From an uncultured Phycisphaeraceae bacterium (GTDB lineage Bacteria > Planctomycetota > Phycisphaerae > Phycisphaerales > UBA1924), in contig CAZNZC010000003.1 of assembly GCA_964577425.1 (NCBI GenBank), positions 73,803-137,802 of the forward strand: a stretch of 64,000 nucleotides of DNA, written 5' to 3'. Both the position numbers and the translations under genes were made by a program. Below are positions 53,923-63,223 of the stretch, in pieces; position 1 is the stretch's first letter; every line of letters starts with the position of its first letter. The notes below the pieces were generated by a model, which had not been told where the DNA came from, did not search any database, and worked only from the letters and a program-made list of their open reading frames with translations.

Positions 53923-56192
53923 GGGGCAGCGTCCCGGCCCTGGGGCGCGACGGAGCCAACCTCGTCGGCCCGGCGTTCGACCCGCTCGAAGACGCGCTGC
54001 ACGAGGTCACGGTACCGCCGGGGCACCTGCTGGTTCTCCACCGCGTCGCGGGCGCGCCGGGCGGCCTGACGCATCTCGCCCGCGGCGGCCTGGCGCTCGC
54101 CGGGCGGCAGTTCGGTGCGGTCGGGATCGAACCACTCCCCCACCACGCGGCCGGGGTCGTCGCCGGCGGGCCGGCCGCGGGTGGCGTCGACCGGCTCGAA
54201 GTGTGCGGGGTCGTCGGTGAGGGGGCGGCGGGCGATGGGCGCGTCCGGGTCCGCGCTGCCCGCGCCGGTGGTGTCGCGGGGCTGGTGGTCGGGGTCGATC
54301 AGGCTCTGGGCACGGTCACGGAGCGATTCGGCCACCTGCTGGTTCTGCCGGCGGGCCTGCTGCTGGTTCTGCATCTCCTGCACCGCCCGCTCGACCGGGC
54401 CGGGCGGCGGACTCTCCGGCTGGCCCTCGCCCGGGGCTTGTTCCTGGGCTTGCGCCCGGCCCGGCTGGGATTGTTGATCCGGTGTGGTTTGCTGGCCCGG
54501 CTGCGGCTGTTGGCCTGGCTGAGGCTCGACCTGTTGTGGTTGGTCGCCCGGTTGGGGTTGTTCGCCGGGCTGCGGTTGCTGGCCCCGTGGTTCCGGTTGC
54601 GGCTCCTGGCCGGGTTGGGGCTGCTCACTTGATTGAGGCTGCTCGCCGGGTTCGCCTTGCGGAGACTCGGCGGGCTGTGACGGCCGGTTCGGATCACGCG
54701 GCTGGTTGGAGTCGGGGGATTGGTTCGGGTCGGGACGCGGCTCGTTGCGGAGTTGTTCGGCGCGTTCGCGCAGGGCATCGGGGACCGAGCGAGCGCCTTC
54801 CTTGCCCTCGTCGCCTTGTTCGTTGCCGGGCTGTTCGCGGGATTGGTCGCCGGGTCGGTCGCCCGTTTCTTCGGGTTGCGCCGTCGGCTGGGTGGATGGA
54901 TCCTGCCCCGGCCGCTCGCCGGGTTGTTGCTCGGGCTGGTCGGTGGGCTGGTCGGGCTGGTTGCCGGGTTCCGGAGTGTCGGGGTCGGGGCGCGGCTGAT
55001 CGGAGGGCTGGTCGGCGGGTTGGTCCGCCGGTTGGTCCGCCGGTTGGTCGCGTGGTTGATCGGGGCTTGGAGCGGGTTGGTCGCGCGACTGATCCGGGGG
55101 AGTTTGATCCGGCTGGGGCTGCTCGGGGCGTGGGGGCGCGGGATCGTGCGGGTCGAGTGTGGAGGCGAGGTCTTCCAAGGCGTCGGACAAGGCCCGGAGT
55201 TCCTCATCAGTCATGGATTCGGCGGCACGGTCGATCTCGCGGGCGGCCTCCTGCGCGCGGAGCAGGTCGTTGCGGGCCAGCGCGTCGGCCAGGCGTTGGG
55301 AGAGTTCGGCGGCCCGCGTCCGTTCGGGAGGGGAGGAAGCAGGCTCGAAGGAAGCGGCACGATCGCGCAGTTCCTGCTCTGCGCGGGCGGCGAGTTCGGA
55401 CTGGCGGTCGAGTTCCTCGGCCGTCTCGTTGAGCGCGGCGGCGGTGCGGGCGGGTGCGTCCTCGCCCGCGTCGCCGCGACGGAGTTCCTCCTCCAGGGCC
55501 TCCAGCTCCGCCTTGGCACGCGACCACGCCCGAGGCTCGGGCAGGGCGGATTCGTTGACGGCTTCGGCCTCGGCCTGGGCCGTGGTGACCGCTTCGGCGG
55601 CACGCTGGACGAGCGGAGAGGGATCGGGGCGGGACCGGACACGGTTCCAGTCGGCCTGCGGAATCAAAAGACCGGCGGCCAGGCACGCGCCCGCCGCGCC
55701 CAAGGCCCACCACCAGCCATCGACCCGCGCCGGGCGAACCGCGCGGGCGGCGTCCGCACTCGCCGCGACGGACTCGCCCCGGGCGCGGGCCAGGGCGACG
55801 AAGACAGGCTCGCCGTCCGCGTCGCCGATCTCCAACGCGGTGCGGAGCGCGCCCTCGGTGGCGTTGGCGCGATCGACCTCTCCGGCGGCGTGTGGGATCG
55901 ACCAGCGCCGGGACCAGACCAAGACGGCCGTGATCGCGCCGGCCGCGCCAGCCAGCACGGCGGGAACCGCCCACCACCACGGCGCGCCGGACCAGAGACG
56001 CACACCGATCACGCCGAGCAGGGAAGCGCCCAACGCGCCCGCCACCGACCACCCGGCCAATGTCACGAGCCGGTTCCGGGCGTGGAGGGCACGAGCGGCC
56101 GCGGCGACGCGCGCCACGCCAACGCTCTGAGCGCGAACGGGCGTGCGGGTTGGATCGCGGGCGGGCATCCCCTCATCGTACAGGCACGGCAC
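53919..56192 (-). CDS. Hypothetical membrane protein with a long Pro/Gln/Asp-rich low-complexity region
   Basis: 757 aa with an ATGA overlap to the downstream VWA gene. Two N-terminal TM segments, a coiled-coil-like middle, then (QPADQP)n and (QPQPG)n tracts. The start could be the Met at 56168. Confidence 0.5.
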   Translation of the reverse strand: MPCLYDEGMPARDPTRTPVRAQSVGVARVAAAARALHARNRLVTLAGWSVAGALGASLLGVIGVRLWSGAPWWWAVPAVLAGAAGAITAVLVWSRRWSIPHAAGEVDRANATEGALRTALEIGDADGEPVFVALARARGESVAASADAARAVRPARVDGWWWALGAAGACLAAGLLIPQADWNRVRSRPDPSPLVQRAAEAVTTAQAEAEAVNESALPEPRAWSRAKAELEALEEELRRGDAGEDAPARTAAALNETAEELDRQSELAARAEQELRDRAASFEPASSPPERTRAAELSQRLADALARNDLLRAQEAAREIDRAAESMTDEELRALSDALEDLASTLDPHDPAPPRPEQPQPDQTPPDQSRDQPAPSPDQPRDQPADQPADQPADQPSDQPRPDPDTPEPGNQPDQPTDQPEQQPGERPGQDPSTQPTAQPEETGDRPGDQSREQPGNEQGDEGKEGARSVPDALRERAEQLRNEPRPDPNQSPDSNQPRDPNRPSQPAESPQGEPGEQPQSSEQPQPGQEPQPEPRGQQPQPGEQPQPGDQPQQVEPQPGQQPQPGQQTTPDQQSQPGRAQAQEQAPGEGQPESPPPGPVERAVQEMQNQQQARRQNQQVAESLRDRAQSLIDPDHQPRDTTGAGSADPDAPIARRPLTDDPAHFEPVDATRGRPAGDDPGRVVGEWFDPDRTELPPGERQAAAGEMRQAARRARDAVENQQVPRRYRDLVQRVFERVERRADEVGSVAPQGRDAAP
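55008..55067. repeat. 12-nt tandem repeat (about 5 units) inside CDS 53919..56192
   Basis: GCTGGTCGGCGG GTTGGTCCGCCG GTTGGTCCGCCG GTTGGTCGCGTG GTTGATCGGGGC. Encodes (P)ADQPADQPADQPSDQP on the minus strand. Confidence 0.8.
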
Positions 56193-56240
56193 GGGCGGGG
56201 TTCGTCGGCACGGAGATGGGGCGGGGGACTACCCTCTGCC

Positions 56241-57305
56241 ATGCCCGAAAACGCCATCCCGATCGAAGAGACGCTCGCCCGGCTGGCCGCGGGCGGGACG
56301 CTGGACGAGGCCGCCAGCGAGGCGGTCTTCGGGTGGCTGCTGGCCGGTGAGATGGACCCGGCCCAGATCGCCGCGCTGCTCTCCATGCTCCAGGCCCGCC
56401 CGGGCGGCGTGACGCCGGACGAGCTGACCGGCGCGGCGCGGGTGATGCGTGCCAGGGTTGAGCGGGTGCCCTATGCAGCGCCCGCCGGCACCGTGGTGGT
56501 GGACACCTGCGGCACCGGGGGCGCGCCCAAGACCTTCAATGTCTCGACCGCCGCCGCGTTCGTGGTGGCGGGGGCCAGGCCGGAATCCGGGAGCGGCGTG
56601 GAGCGTGTCGTGGTGGCCAAGCACGGCAACCGGTCGCGCACGGGGCGGGGCTCGGCCGAGGTGCTGGCGCGGCTTGGCGTGAACATCGACGCCTCGCCCG
56701 CGACGCAGGCGGCGTGTCTGGACGCGGCAGGCGTGTGCTTCTGCTTCGCGATCCATCATCACCCGGCGATGAAGCACGCCGCGCCTGTGCGCCGGGCGCT
56801 GGGCTTCCCGACCGTGTTCAACCTGCTCGGGCCGCTGACGAACCCGTGCGGCGCGCGCCGCCAGCTCATCGGCGTGTACCGCCCGGAGTTCGTCGGGCTG
56901 GTGTCCGAGACGCTGCGCCGGCTGGGGGCCGAGCACGCGATGGTGGCGCACTCGGACGACGGGCTGGACGAACTGACCGTGACCGCGCCAGCCACGATCG
57001 GCGTGGTCGAGGCGGGGCGGGTGCGCACCGAGCGGGTCGATCCGGCGGCGCTGGGACTGCACGCCGCCACGATCGAATCGCTTCGGGCCAGGGACGAGGC
57101 TCACGCGGCGGAGATGGTGCGGGGCGCGCTCGCGGGCGAGGCCGGGCCCGCGCTGGACATGGTGCTGCTCACGGCCGGGGCCGCGCTGGTCGTGGCCGGG
57201 GCCGCGCCCACGATCGCGTCGGGCATCGAGCTGGCGCGGGAGGCGGTTGCGTCGGGGCGGGCGGCAGGAGCGTTGGAGGCGTTGGCGCGGGTTTCGCGGG
57301 GTTGA
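56241..57305 (+). CDS. trpD: Anthranilate phosphoribosyltransferase
   Basis: 354 aa. Motifs VDTCGTGG, KHGNRS and AHSDDGLDE. Confidence 0.9.
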   Translation: MPENAIPIEETLARLAAGGTLDEAASEAVFGWLLAGEMDPAQIAALLSMLQARPGGVTPDELTGAARVMRARVERVPYAAPAGTVVVDTCGTGGAPKTFNVSTAAAFVVAGARPESGSGVERVVVAKHGNRSRTGRGSAEVLARLGVNIDASPATQAACLDAAGVCFCFAIHHHPAMKHAAPVRRALGFPTVFNLLGPLTNPCGARRQLIGVYRPEFVGLVSETLRRLGAEHAMVAHSDDGLDELTVTAPATIGVVEAGRVRTERVDPAALGLHAATIESLRARDEAHAAEMVRGALAGEAGPALDMVLLTAGAALVVAGAAPTIASGIELAREAVASGRAAGALEALARVSRG

Positions 57306-57306
57306 T

Positions 57307-57431
57307 CGACAAGCCGCGACTGCAAGGGAGCGGCCGCGGCTCTTGGTAGGTCGGCACTCCGTGCCGACTCTTCCCCCAGTGACCGGCTCACCACGCAAAC
57401 CCGGCCGCTCCCTTGCAGTCGCGGCTTGTCG
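57307..57431. repeat. Composite element: D module, REP-A, inverted D module
   Basis: D (+) at 57307-57335, GGTAGGTCGGCACTCCGTGCCGACTCT at 57345-57371, D (-) at 57403-57431. Lies between the convergent trpD and kinase genes. Confidence 0.9.
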
Positions 57432-57432
57432 A

Positions 57433-59769
57433 TCAGGGGGCGTAGCCGTTGCCCGCCAGCACGCGGACGAACTGCTCGGGCGCGTGCTTCCACCCCAGGC
57501 GGGTGAAGAACCGGTCGGTCACCAGCACGGCCCTTGGCTCGGCTCCGCCATCGGGATCGGGGGCAATGAACAGCACGCCGTCGAACGGCCCCCCCTCACC
57601 CCCGCCCAGCCAGGCGCGGGCGCGCACGGGCAGCTCGTCGGAGTCGATCGGCACGCTGCCGCGGTCGCGGCGGAGGGCGGCGATGAGTTCGATCATGCCC
57701 GCGTCGTCCGAGCCGGTCAGGTCGCCGAACAGCTCCGCGCCGCTGCGCTCGATGCGCGACAGGCCGTCGAGCACGCCGGCGCGGGTCTCCGCGGAGAGCG
57801 GCAGCGTCAGGTCCGACACGACCAGCAGGGTGGCCTGGACCGTGCGGCTCTCACCGGCCGCGAAGGAAGGGGCCGGGGGGAACGGCGGGAGCGGGCGATC
57901 CGGGGCGGCGAGCGATCCCGTGTCCGGGAAGATGGTCGTGCCCGGGAACGGGGACGAGCCTTCGGGCAGGGCCGCGTGCGGCGGCTCGATCCCGCCCGGG
58001 CCGTCCTTGAGCTGGCCCTTCGAGACGAGCACAAACGCGACGATCCCCAGAGCGAAGACCACCGCCAGCCCGAGGAAACCCGCGAGCACCACGCCCGCCC
58101 CGGGGGAGTTGCTGTAGCTCGGGTGCGTGCCGCGCCGTCCGGCGATGCGTTCGTGGGCGGACATGCGCCGGGCGCGGGCGCGCGCCCGGGCCTCGCGGAC
58201 CTGGTCGGCCGCGCTGCGCCGGCCTTCGACAGGGGTCAGCGGGCGGCGCCGGAACGCCGGCGCGGGCGGAACCGGCGCCCGTCTCCCCCCCGCGGGCTGC
58301 GGGCGGCCCGCGACGCTGTACCGCCCCGACCACCAGTCGGACACCGTCAGACGGGGACGGCCCGCCGGAACGGGCGGCGGAGGCGGGATCGGGGTGCCGC
58401 GCGGCGTGGGCGCGCCGATGGGATCGAAGGGCTGCGGGGCGGGCGGGGGGGCGGGGTCGAATCCGGCGGAGCCGCCGCCGACGGAGGGCAGGTCCACGGG
58501 CTTGAGGCGGAAAGGGTCGGGCGCATTGCGCACGACGCGCAGGTCGGCGAGCATCTCGGCCGCGCTTGCGTAGCGCCGGTCGTAGTCCGTCATGGCGCGG
58601 CGGACGATCCAGCGCAGGGCCTCGGGGCATCGCTTGGTCGTCTGGCTGAGACCGCCGTGGGCGGGGAAGGAGTTCTCGATCACGGAGAACAGGACCGCGC
58701 CGGCGGCGTAGATGTCGAACCGGGAGCCGTCGATCTGGTGGACCTTCACGCCCCGCAGCGCCTGACGGACCAGCTCGGGATCGCGGAAGTATTCGGTGCC
58801 GTGGGTGGTCAGCGTCATGGCCGACCGCAGCGGCGTGACCAGACCGAAATCGACGAGGTGTGCCCTGTGGTCGTGCGCGTCCACGATGATGTTGTCCGGC
58901 TTGACATCCTTGTGCCACAGGCCGGCGCGGTGGTAGGCGTCCAGCGAGGCGACGAGGTCGCAGGCGTAGCCCAGCGCGGCGGACAGACGCCGGCCGTCCA
59001 GGCCCTCGGCAGGAGATTCGGCGTGCAGACGCTGCGTCACCACGGCCAGCGAATCGCCGGGCACATACCGCATGACATAGAAGAACCGTTCGGGCGTCAG
59101 CTCGTGCTCAAGCACCAGGCCGAGCTTCTTCGCGGCGTCGAGCGCACGGGACTCACGCACGATCTGCGGCAGGCTGGACCCGTCCTTGAGGCTGAAGACC
59201 TTGATGACCACGCGGTCCACATCGGCCAGACCCTGCCGGGCGAAGCCCGCCCGCTTGATCGCGTCCGGCTCGGCGATGTACAGGCGGCTGCCGGACCCCC
59301 CGCCCTGCAACGACCCGACGATCGAGTAGCCGTCGAACTGCCCGGCGCGCCCGGCGGGCTTGTCCCTGCCCGGGGCGGCGGCCAAGGCCTGCGGCACGCG
59401 CTGCTCAATGCCCTCGAGCGCGGTGCCCAGCCCGAACAGGCGGGCCGGGTTGCCCACGAACACGCGGTACGCCGCCGTCCCGGCCGCGGTCATCTCGGAC
59501 CAGAACGCGCCGGCGAAGTGGCGCGAGGCCGACCACCGCCCGATCACGATGTTCAACAGCACCAGCGGCGCGAACAGCAGCCCCGACAGCACCGCCCCCA
59601 CGAACCGCAGCGTGTCCCCGATCTCCGACCCGATGAACCGGAAGATGTTGCCCAGAACCCGCCAGCCCAGCCCGAAGAGCTTGGCGAACAGAAAGATGAA
59701 CGCGGCCAGCAGGAAGGGGATGGCCAGGACCCCCAGGATCATCAGCGGCACTGTGACGACGCCGTTCAT
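57433..59769 (-). CDS. Membrane-bound Ser/Thr protein kinase
   Basis: 778 aa. N-terminal TM segments, Hanks kinase core (VIKVF, HKDVKPDNIIV, VDFGLV, GTEYFRDPE), a second TM segment and a C-terminal domain. Confidence 0.85.
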   Translation of the reverse strand: MNGVVTVPLMILGVLAIPFLLAAFIFLFAKLFGLGWRVLGNIFRFIGSEIGDTLRFVGAVLSGLLFAPLVLLNIVIGRWSASRHFAGAFWSEMTAAGTAAYRVFVGNPARLFGLGTALEGIEQRVPQALAAAPGRDKPAGRAGQFDGYSIVGSLQGGGSGSRLYIAEPDAIKRAGFARQGLADVDRVVIKVFSLKDGSSLPQIVRESRALDAAKKLGLVLEHELTPERFFYVMRYVPGDSLAVVTQRLHAESPAEGLDGRRLSAALGYACDLVASLDAYHRAGLWHKDVKPDNIIVDAHDHRAHLVDFGLVTPLRSAMTLTTHGTEYFRDPELVRQALRGVKVHQIDGSRFDIYAAGAVLFSVIENSFPAHGGLSQTTKRCPEALRWIVRRAMTDYDRRYASAAEMLADLRVVRNAPDPFRLKPVDLPSVGGGSAGFDPAPPPAPQPFDPIGAPTPRGTPIPPPPPVPAGRPRLTVSDWWSGRYSVAGRPQPAGGRRAPVPPAPAFRRRPLTPVEGRRSAADQVREARARARARRMSAHERIAGRRGTHPSYSNSPGAGVVLAGFLGLAVVFALGIVAFVLVSKGQLKDGPGGIEPPHAALPEGSSPFPGTTIFPDTGSLAAPDRPLPPFPPAPSFAAGESRTVQATLLVVSDLTLPLSAETRAGVLDGLSRIERSGAELFGDLTGSDDAGMIELIAALRRDRGSVPIDSDELPVRARAWLGGGEGGPFDGVLFIAPDPDGGAEPRAVLVTDRFFTRLGWKHAPEQFVRVLAGNGYAP

Positions 59770-59785
59770 CGCGGCCCCTCTCCGT

Positions 59786-60580
59786 TCAACAGCCGGACGC
59801 CAGATCCCGGTCGTCGGCCCGCAACTGCATCTGCCGGTGGTAGATCTCCGCGATCGCCTCGTCGAACGCCAGATCCGCGGAGCGGTCGGCAGGCCCGGCC
59901 GGCCCGTCCGATCCGACAGCGGTATTGGGGTTCAGGGTCAGGCCGTTTCGCTCGGCCTCCTCCAGCTCCTCCTTTGTGAAGGAATAAGTGGTCACGACCT
60001 CCCGCAGGCGAACCCGCAGCAGATCCCGGACCTTGGCCAGGCGGCGGGACACGGTCGGCTCGGACACCCCCACCGCCTCGGCGACCTCCTTGCCCGGCTG
60101 GCCGTCGAAGACCCTCATGCGGTAGATCGCAAAGTCGGTAAAGTCGCACTCGCCCTCCACCGCCCGGATGGCGGCCTCGACCTTGGCCCGGAAGACGGCC
60201 GCCTCGTAGGCCGCGTCGGCCCCCGGGCCGTTGCTGGCGACCATCCACGACTCGTCGAAGGCGGCGTTGGACTTGCCGCCCCCCCTTTTCATGGCCATGC
60301 GACGGTCGATCTCGTCCCCCAGCACATGCTTGGCGATCGCCAGCAGCCAGGTGCTGAACCGCGCCCCGCGGCTGGGGTCGTACCGGTCGATCGAGTTGGA
60401 CAGGGCGGCCAGCGTTTCCTGGGACAGATCCCGGACGGTCTCCACGCCCACCCGTCCCTTGCCCCACTTCATGAGCTGGGCGCGGATGACCGGGCCGAAG
60501 GTCTCCCACAGCTCGAACCACGCCGCTTCGTCGTTCGCGCGGAGCCGCTGGATGAACCCGGTGGTCATGTTGCTGAGCAT
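59786..60580 (-). CDS. ECF-type RNA polymerase sigma factor with a C-terminal extension
   Basis: 264 aa from the ATG at 60580. Region 2 (DLSQETLAALSNSIDRYDPSRGARFSTWLLAIAKHV) and region 4 HTH (GKEVAEAVGVSEPTVSRRLAKVRDLL), plus about 70 extra residues. It lies 17 nt upstream of the kinase gene. Confidence 0.8.
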   Translation of the reverse strand: MLSNMTTGFIQRLRANDEAAWFELWETFGPVIRAQLMKWGKGRVGVETVRDLSQETLAALSNSIDRYDPSRGARFSTWLLAIAKHVLGDEIDRRMAMKRGGGKSNAAFDESWMVASNGPGADAAYEAAVFRAKVEAAIRAVEGECDFTDFAIYRMRVFDGQPGKEVAEAVGVSEPTVSRRLAKVRDLLRVRLREVVTTYSFTKEELEEAERNGLTLNPNTAVGSDGPAGPADRSADLAFDEAIAEIYHRQMQLRADDRDLASGC

Positions 60581-60913
60581 CGGTGTCGGTTCCCGTGTGG
60601 GTGGGTTCCGGGGCCTCAAATCGGCCCGGGGAGGTGGGGGGTGTTCATGGGGGTCCGGGACGGTGGGTTTCGGCCCGGATTTGGGGGTTTGCCTGTCGGG
60701 ATGGCCCCATGAGCATACCCGCCCGGGGCCGGATCCCGAGCCGCGGAAGCCTTGGGAGCGCGAAATCCGCGCGGACGCTGAAATCCCGCCGGGCGGACTC
60801 CCACCAACGGCTTGACGGTCCCCCAAGTCGGGCCGCCCGAGAAACCAAAGCCCGGCCCCCGCCGGGAGAAGCCAACGCCGGGCCTCGGCCCGGGAATGCG
60901 GAAGGAGTTCGTC

Positions 60914-61864
60914 ATGGGATGCATTGGCAAGACGGTGGTCCGGGGCGTGGTGATCACGGCGCTGGCCGGCGGCGTTCTGGTGGCGGTCGCCGGGCCGCAG
61001 CGGGTGGGCGCGCTGGTGACCCAGACCCGCGGCGGGATCCAGGCCGTGATCGACTCGAACATCCAGGACCCGGTGCTGCTCCGCACCCAGATCCGCCAGT
61101 TGGAGAGCCAGTACCCGAAGAAGATCGCCGAGGTCCGCACCGACCTGGGCGAAGTCCGCTCCCAGGTCTCCCAGCTCGAACGCGAGCGCCAGGTGGCCGA
61201 GAAGGTCGTCCAGCTCGCCACGCTGGACCTGGAGCAGGTGGACACCCAGCTCGAACAGGCCCGGGCCACCCAGCTGGCCAACCCGGGTGCCATCGTCCGG
61301 GTCGCCTTCGACGGCAGCCGGGCGATCAACCTGGACGATGCCTACGGGCGTCGCCAGCAGATCGAGCAGACCCGCGACCTCTACGCCGGGCGGGCGCGTG
61401 ACCTGGCCACCGACCTGACCTACCTCGTCGATCAGGAGGCCCAGCTGGCCGACCTGCTGGCCCGGCTGGAGACCGAGCGGTCGGAGTTCCAGGCCAAACT
61501 GTTCCAGCTCGACGCCCAGATCGACACCATCGCCCGCAACGAGCGGATGATCACCATGATGGAGGGGCGTCAGGCCACCATCGACGAGCACAGCCGCTTC
61601 CAGGCCAACTCCCTCGACCAGCTCAACGGGCGTCTGTCCCAGATCCGCAACGAGCAGCGTTCGCGTCTCGAATCCATCTCCCGCAAGGAGAAGGGGCGCG
61701 ACTATGTGAACGAGGCGGAGTTCCTCATCCAGCGCGACGGCGCGGCGGTCGAGTCCCGCAAGGCCCTGCCCAGCCCCCTCCCCGTGATCGAGACCGCGCC
61801 GAGGGTGATCGAGGTCCGCCCGGAAACCCCCTCGGGCAAGGCTCAGGCGTCCAACAGCCTCTGA
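60914..61864 (+). CDS. Membrane-anchored coiled-coil protein (possibly PspA/IM30-like)
   Basis: 316 aa with RBS GAAGGAG 6 nt upstream. N-terminal TM segment followed by long heptad-rich helices. The PspA-like call is only a resemblance. Confidence 0.5.
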   Translation: MGCIGKTVVRGVVITALAGGVLVAVAGPQRVGALVTQTRGGIQAVIDSNIQDPVLLRTQIRQLESQYPKKIAEVRTDLGEVRSQVSQLERERQVAEKVVQLATLDLEQVDTQLEQARATQLANPGAIVRVAFDGSRAINLDDAYGRRQQIEQTRDLYAGRARDLATDLTYLVDQEAQLADLLARLETERSEFQAKLFQLDAQIDTIARNERMITMMEGRQATIDEHSRFQANSLDQLNGRLSQIRNEQRSRLESISRKEKGRDYVNEAEFLIQRDGAAVESRKALPSPLPVIETAPRVIEVRPETPSGKAQASNSL

Positions 61865-61927
61865 CCCCCCCCCACCCCTACCCCGGCAGCCCGGGACCAC
61901 GATCCGGGCCGCCGACTGATTCTCTCC

Positions 61928-61966
61928 CGCGTGCCCGCCGGAACGCCCGGCGGGCACGCGATTTTT
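61928..61966 (+). terminator. Strong intrinsic terminator
   Basis: CGCGTGCCCGCCGG, a 5-nt loop, then CCGGCGGGCACGCG (14-bp perfect stem) followed by ATTTTTG. Confidence 0.8.
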
Positions 61967-62118
61967 GCGCTCCCCGGCCTCGCCCCCCCGGAACAGCGTG
62001 CCCGCGTGCGATTTCCGGCGATTTACGGTATGGTCTGCGCTAGGATTCACCCAATGCGTCCCCGGACCGCACGGCCCGCACGCACCCCGACCTTTTTCGC
62101 ACGGAGATCCTCCCCCCA

Positions 62119-63168
62119 GTGTGGTACGAACGCCTCCTCGGAGCCTTCAGCGTCGACATGGGCATCGACCTGGGCACCTGCAACACACTCGTTGCGGTGC
62201 GCGGGCAGGGCATCGTGCTCAACGAGCCTTCGGTGGTCGCCGTGAAGAAGGGCACCAACCAGGTGCTCAAGAACGGCCAGGCCGTGGGCTGGGTCGCCAA
62301 GGAGATGCTGGGCAAGACCCCCGGCTCCATCACCGCCATCCGCCCGCTCAAGGACGGCGTGATCTCCGACTTTGAGATCACCGAGGCGATGCTCAACTAC
62401 TTCATCACGAAGGTCACGGGGAGGGCGCGGTTCCTGGCCCCGCGGGTGGTCATCTCGATCCCCTCGGGCATCACGGCCGTGGAGAAGCGGGCCGTGTTCG
62501 ACTCGGCCGAGCGGGCCGGCGCGCGGCGCACCTACCTGCTGGAAGAGCCGATCGCGGCCGCCATCGGCGCCGGCCTGCCCTTCGCCGAGCCGACGGCCTC
62601 CATGATCGTGGACATCGGCGGCGGCACCACCGAGGTCGCCATCATGTCCCTGGCCGACATCGCCACCTGCGAGTCCGTCCGCGTCGCCGGCGACGACATG
62701 GACGAGGCCATCATGAGCTACATGAAGCGGACCTACAACCTGATGATCGGCGAGCAGACCGCCGAGCGCATCAAGATCCAGATCGGCTCGGCCGCCCCCA
62801 TCGGCGAGGAGACCGAGATGGAGGTCCGCGGGCGCGACATGGTCTCCGGCCTGCCCCGCAAGACCGGCATCACCAGCGCCGAGATCCGCGAGGCGCTTCA
62901 GGAACCCGTCACCGCCATCATCGAGGCCGTCACCCGCACGCTCGAACGGGCCGAGCCTGAACTCTCCGCCGACCTTGTCGAGAACGGCATCACCCTGGCC
63001 GGCGGCGGCTCGCTGCTCCGGGGCCTGCCCGCCCGCGTCCAGCAGGCCACCGGCCTGGAGGTCACGCTCGCCGAGGACCCGCTCACCTGTGTGGCCCGCG
63101 GCACCGCGATCTACCTCGAGAACATCGAGCTGTGGAAGGACACGCTCGAGAACAACCTGGAGACCTGA
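62119..63168 (+). CDS. mreB: Rod shape-determining protein MreB
   Basis: 349 aa. Actin-fold motifs: GIDLGTCNTLV, EPSVVAV, LLEEPIAAAIGAG, VDIGGGTTEVA, LAGGGSLLRGL. Confidence 0.95.
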   Translation: MWYERLLGAFSVDMGIDLGTCNTLVAVRGQGIVLNEPSVVAVKKGTNQVLKNGQAVGWVAKEMLGKTPGSITAIRPLKDGVISDFEITEAMLNYFITKVTGRARFLAPRVVISIPSGITAVEKRAVFDSAERAGARRTYLLEEPIAAAIGAGLPFAEPTASMIVDIGGGTTEVAIMSLADIATCESVRVAGDDMDEAIMSYMKRTYNLMIGEQTAERIKIQIGSAAPIGEETEMEVRGRDMVSGLPRKTGITSAEIREALQEPVTAIIEAVTRTLERAEPELSADLVENGITLAGGGSLLRGLPARVQQATGLEVTLAEDPLTCVARGTAIYLENIELWKDTLENNLET

Positions 63169-63223
63169 CCTCCCCGCCCCCCCGGTCGTTCCCACCGGCG
63201 TCGGCGGCGCACGCCCCAGACCG

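Noticed and set aside
62018-62046. Sigma-70 promoter for mreB using TAGGAT at 62041-62046
   Set aside because: No acceptable -35 hexamer lies at 16-18 nt spacing. TTTACG is only 13 nt away.
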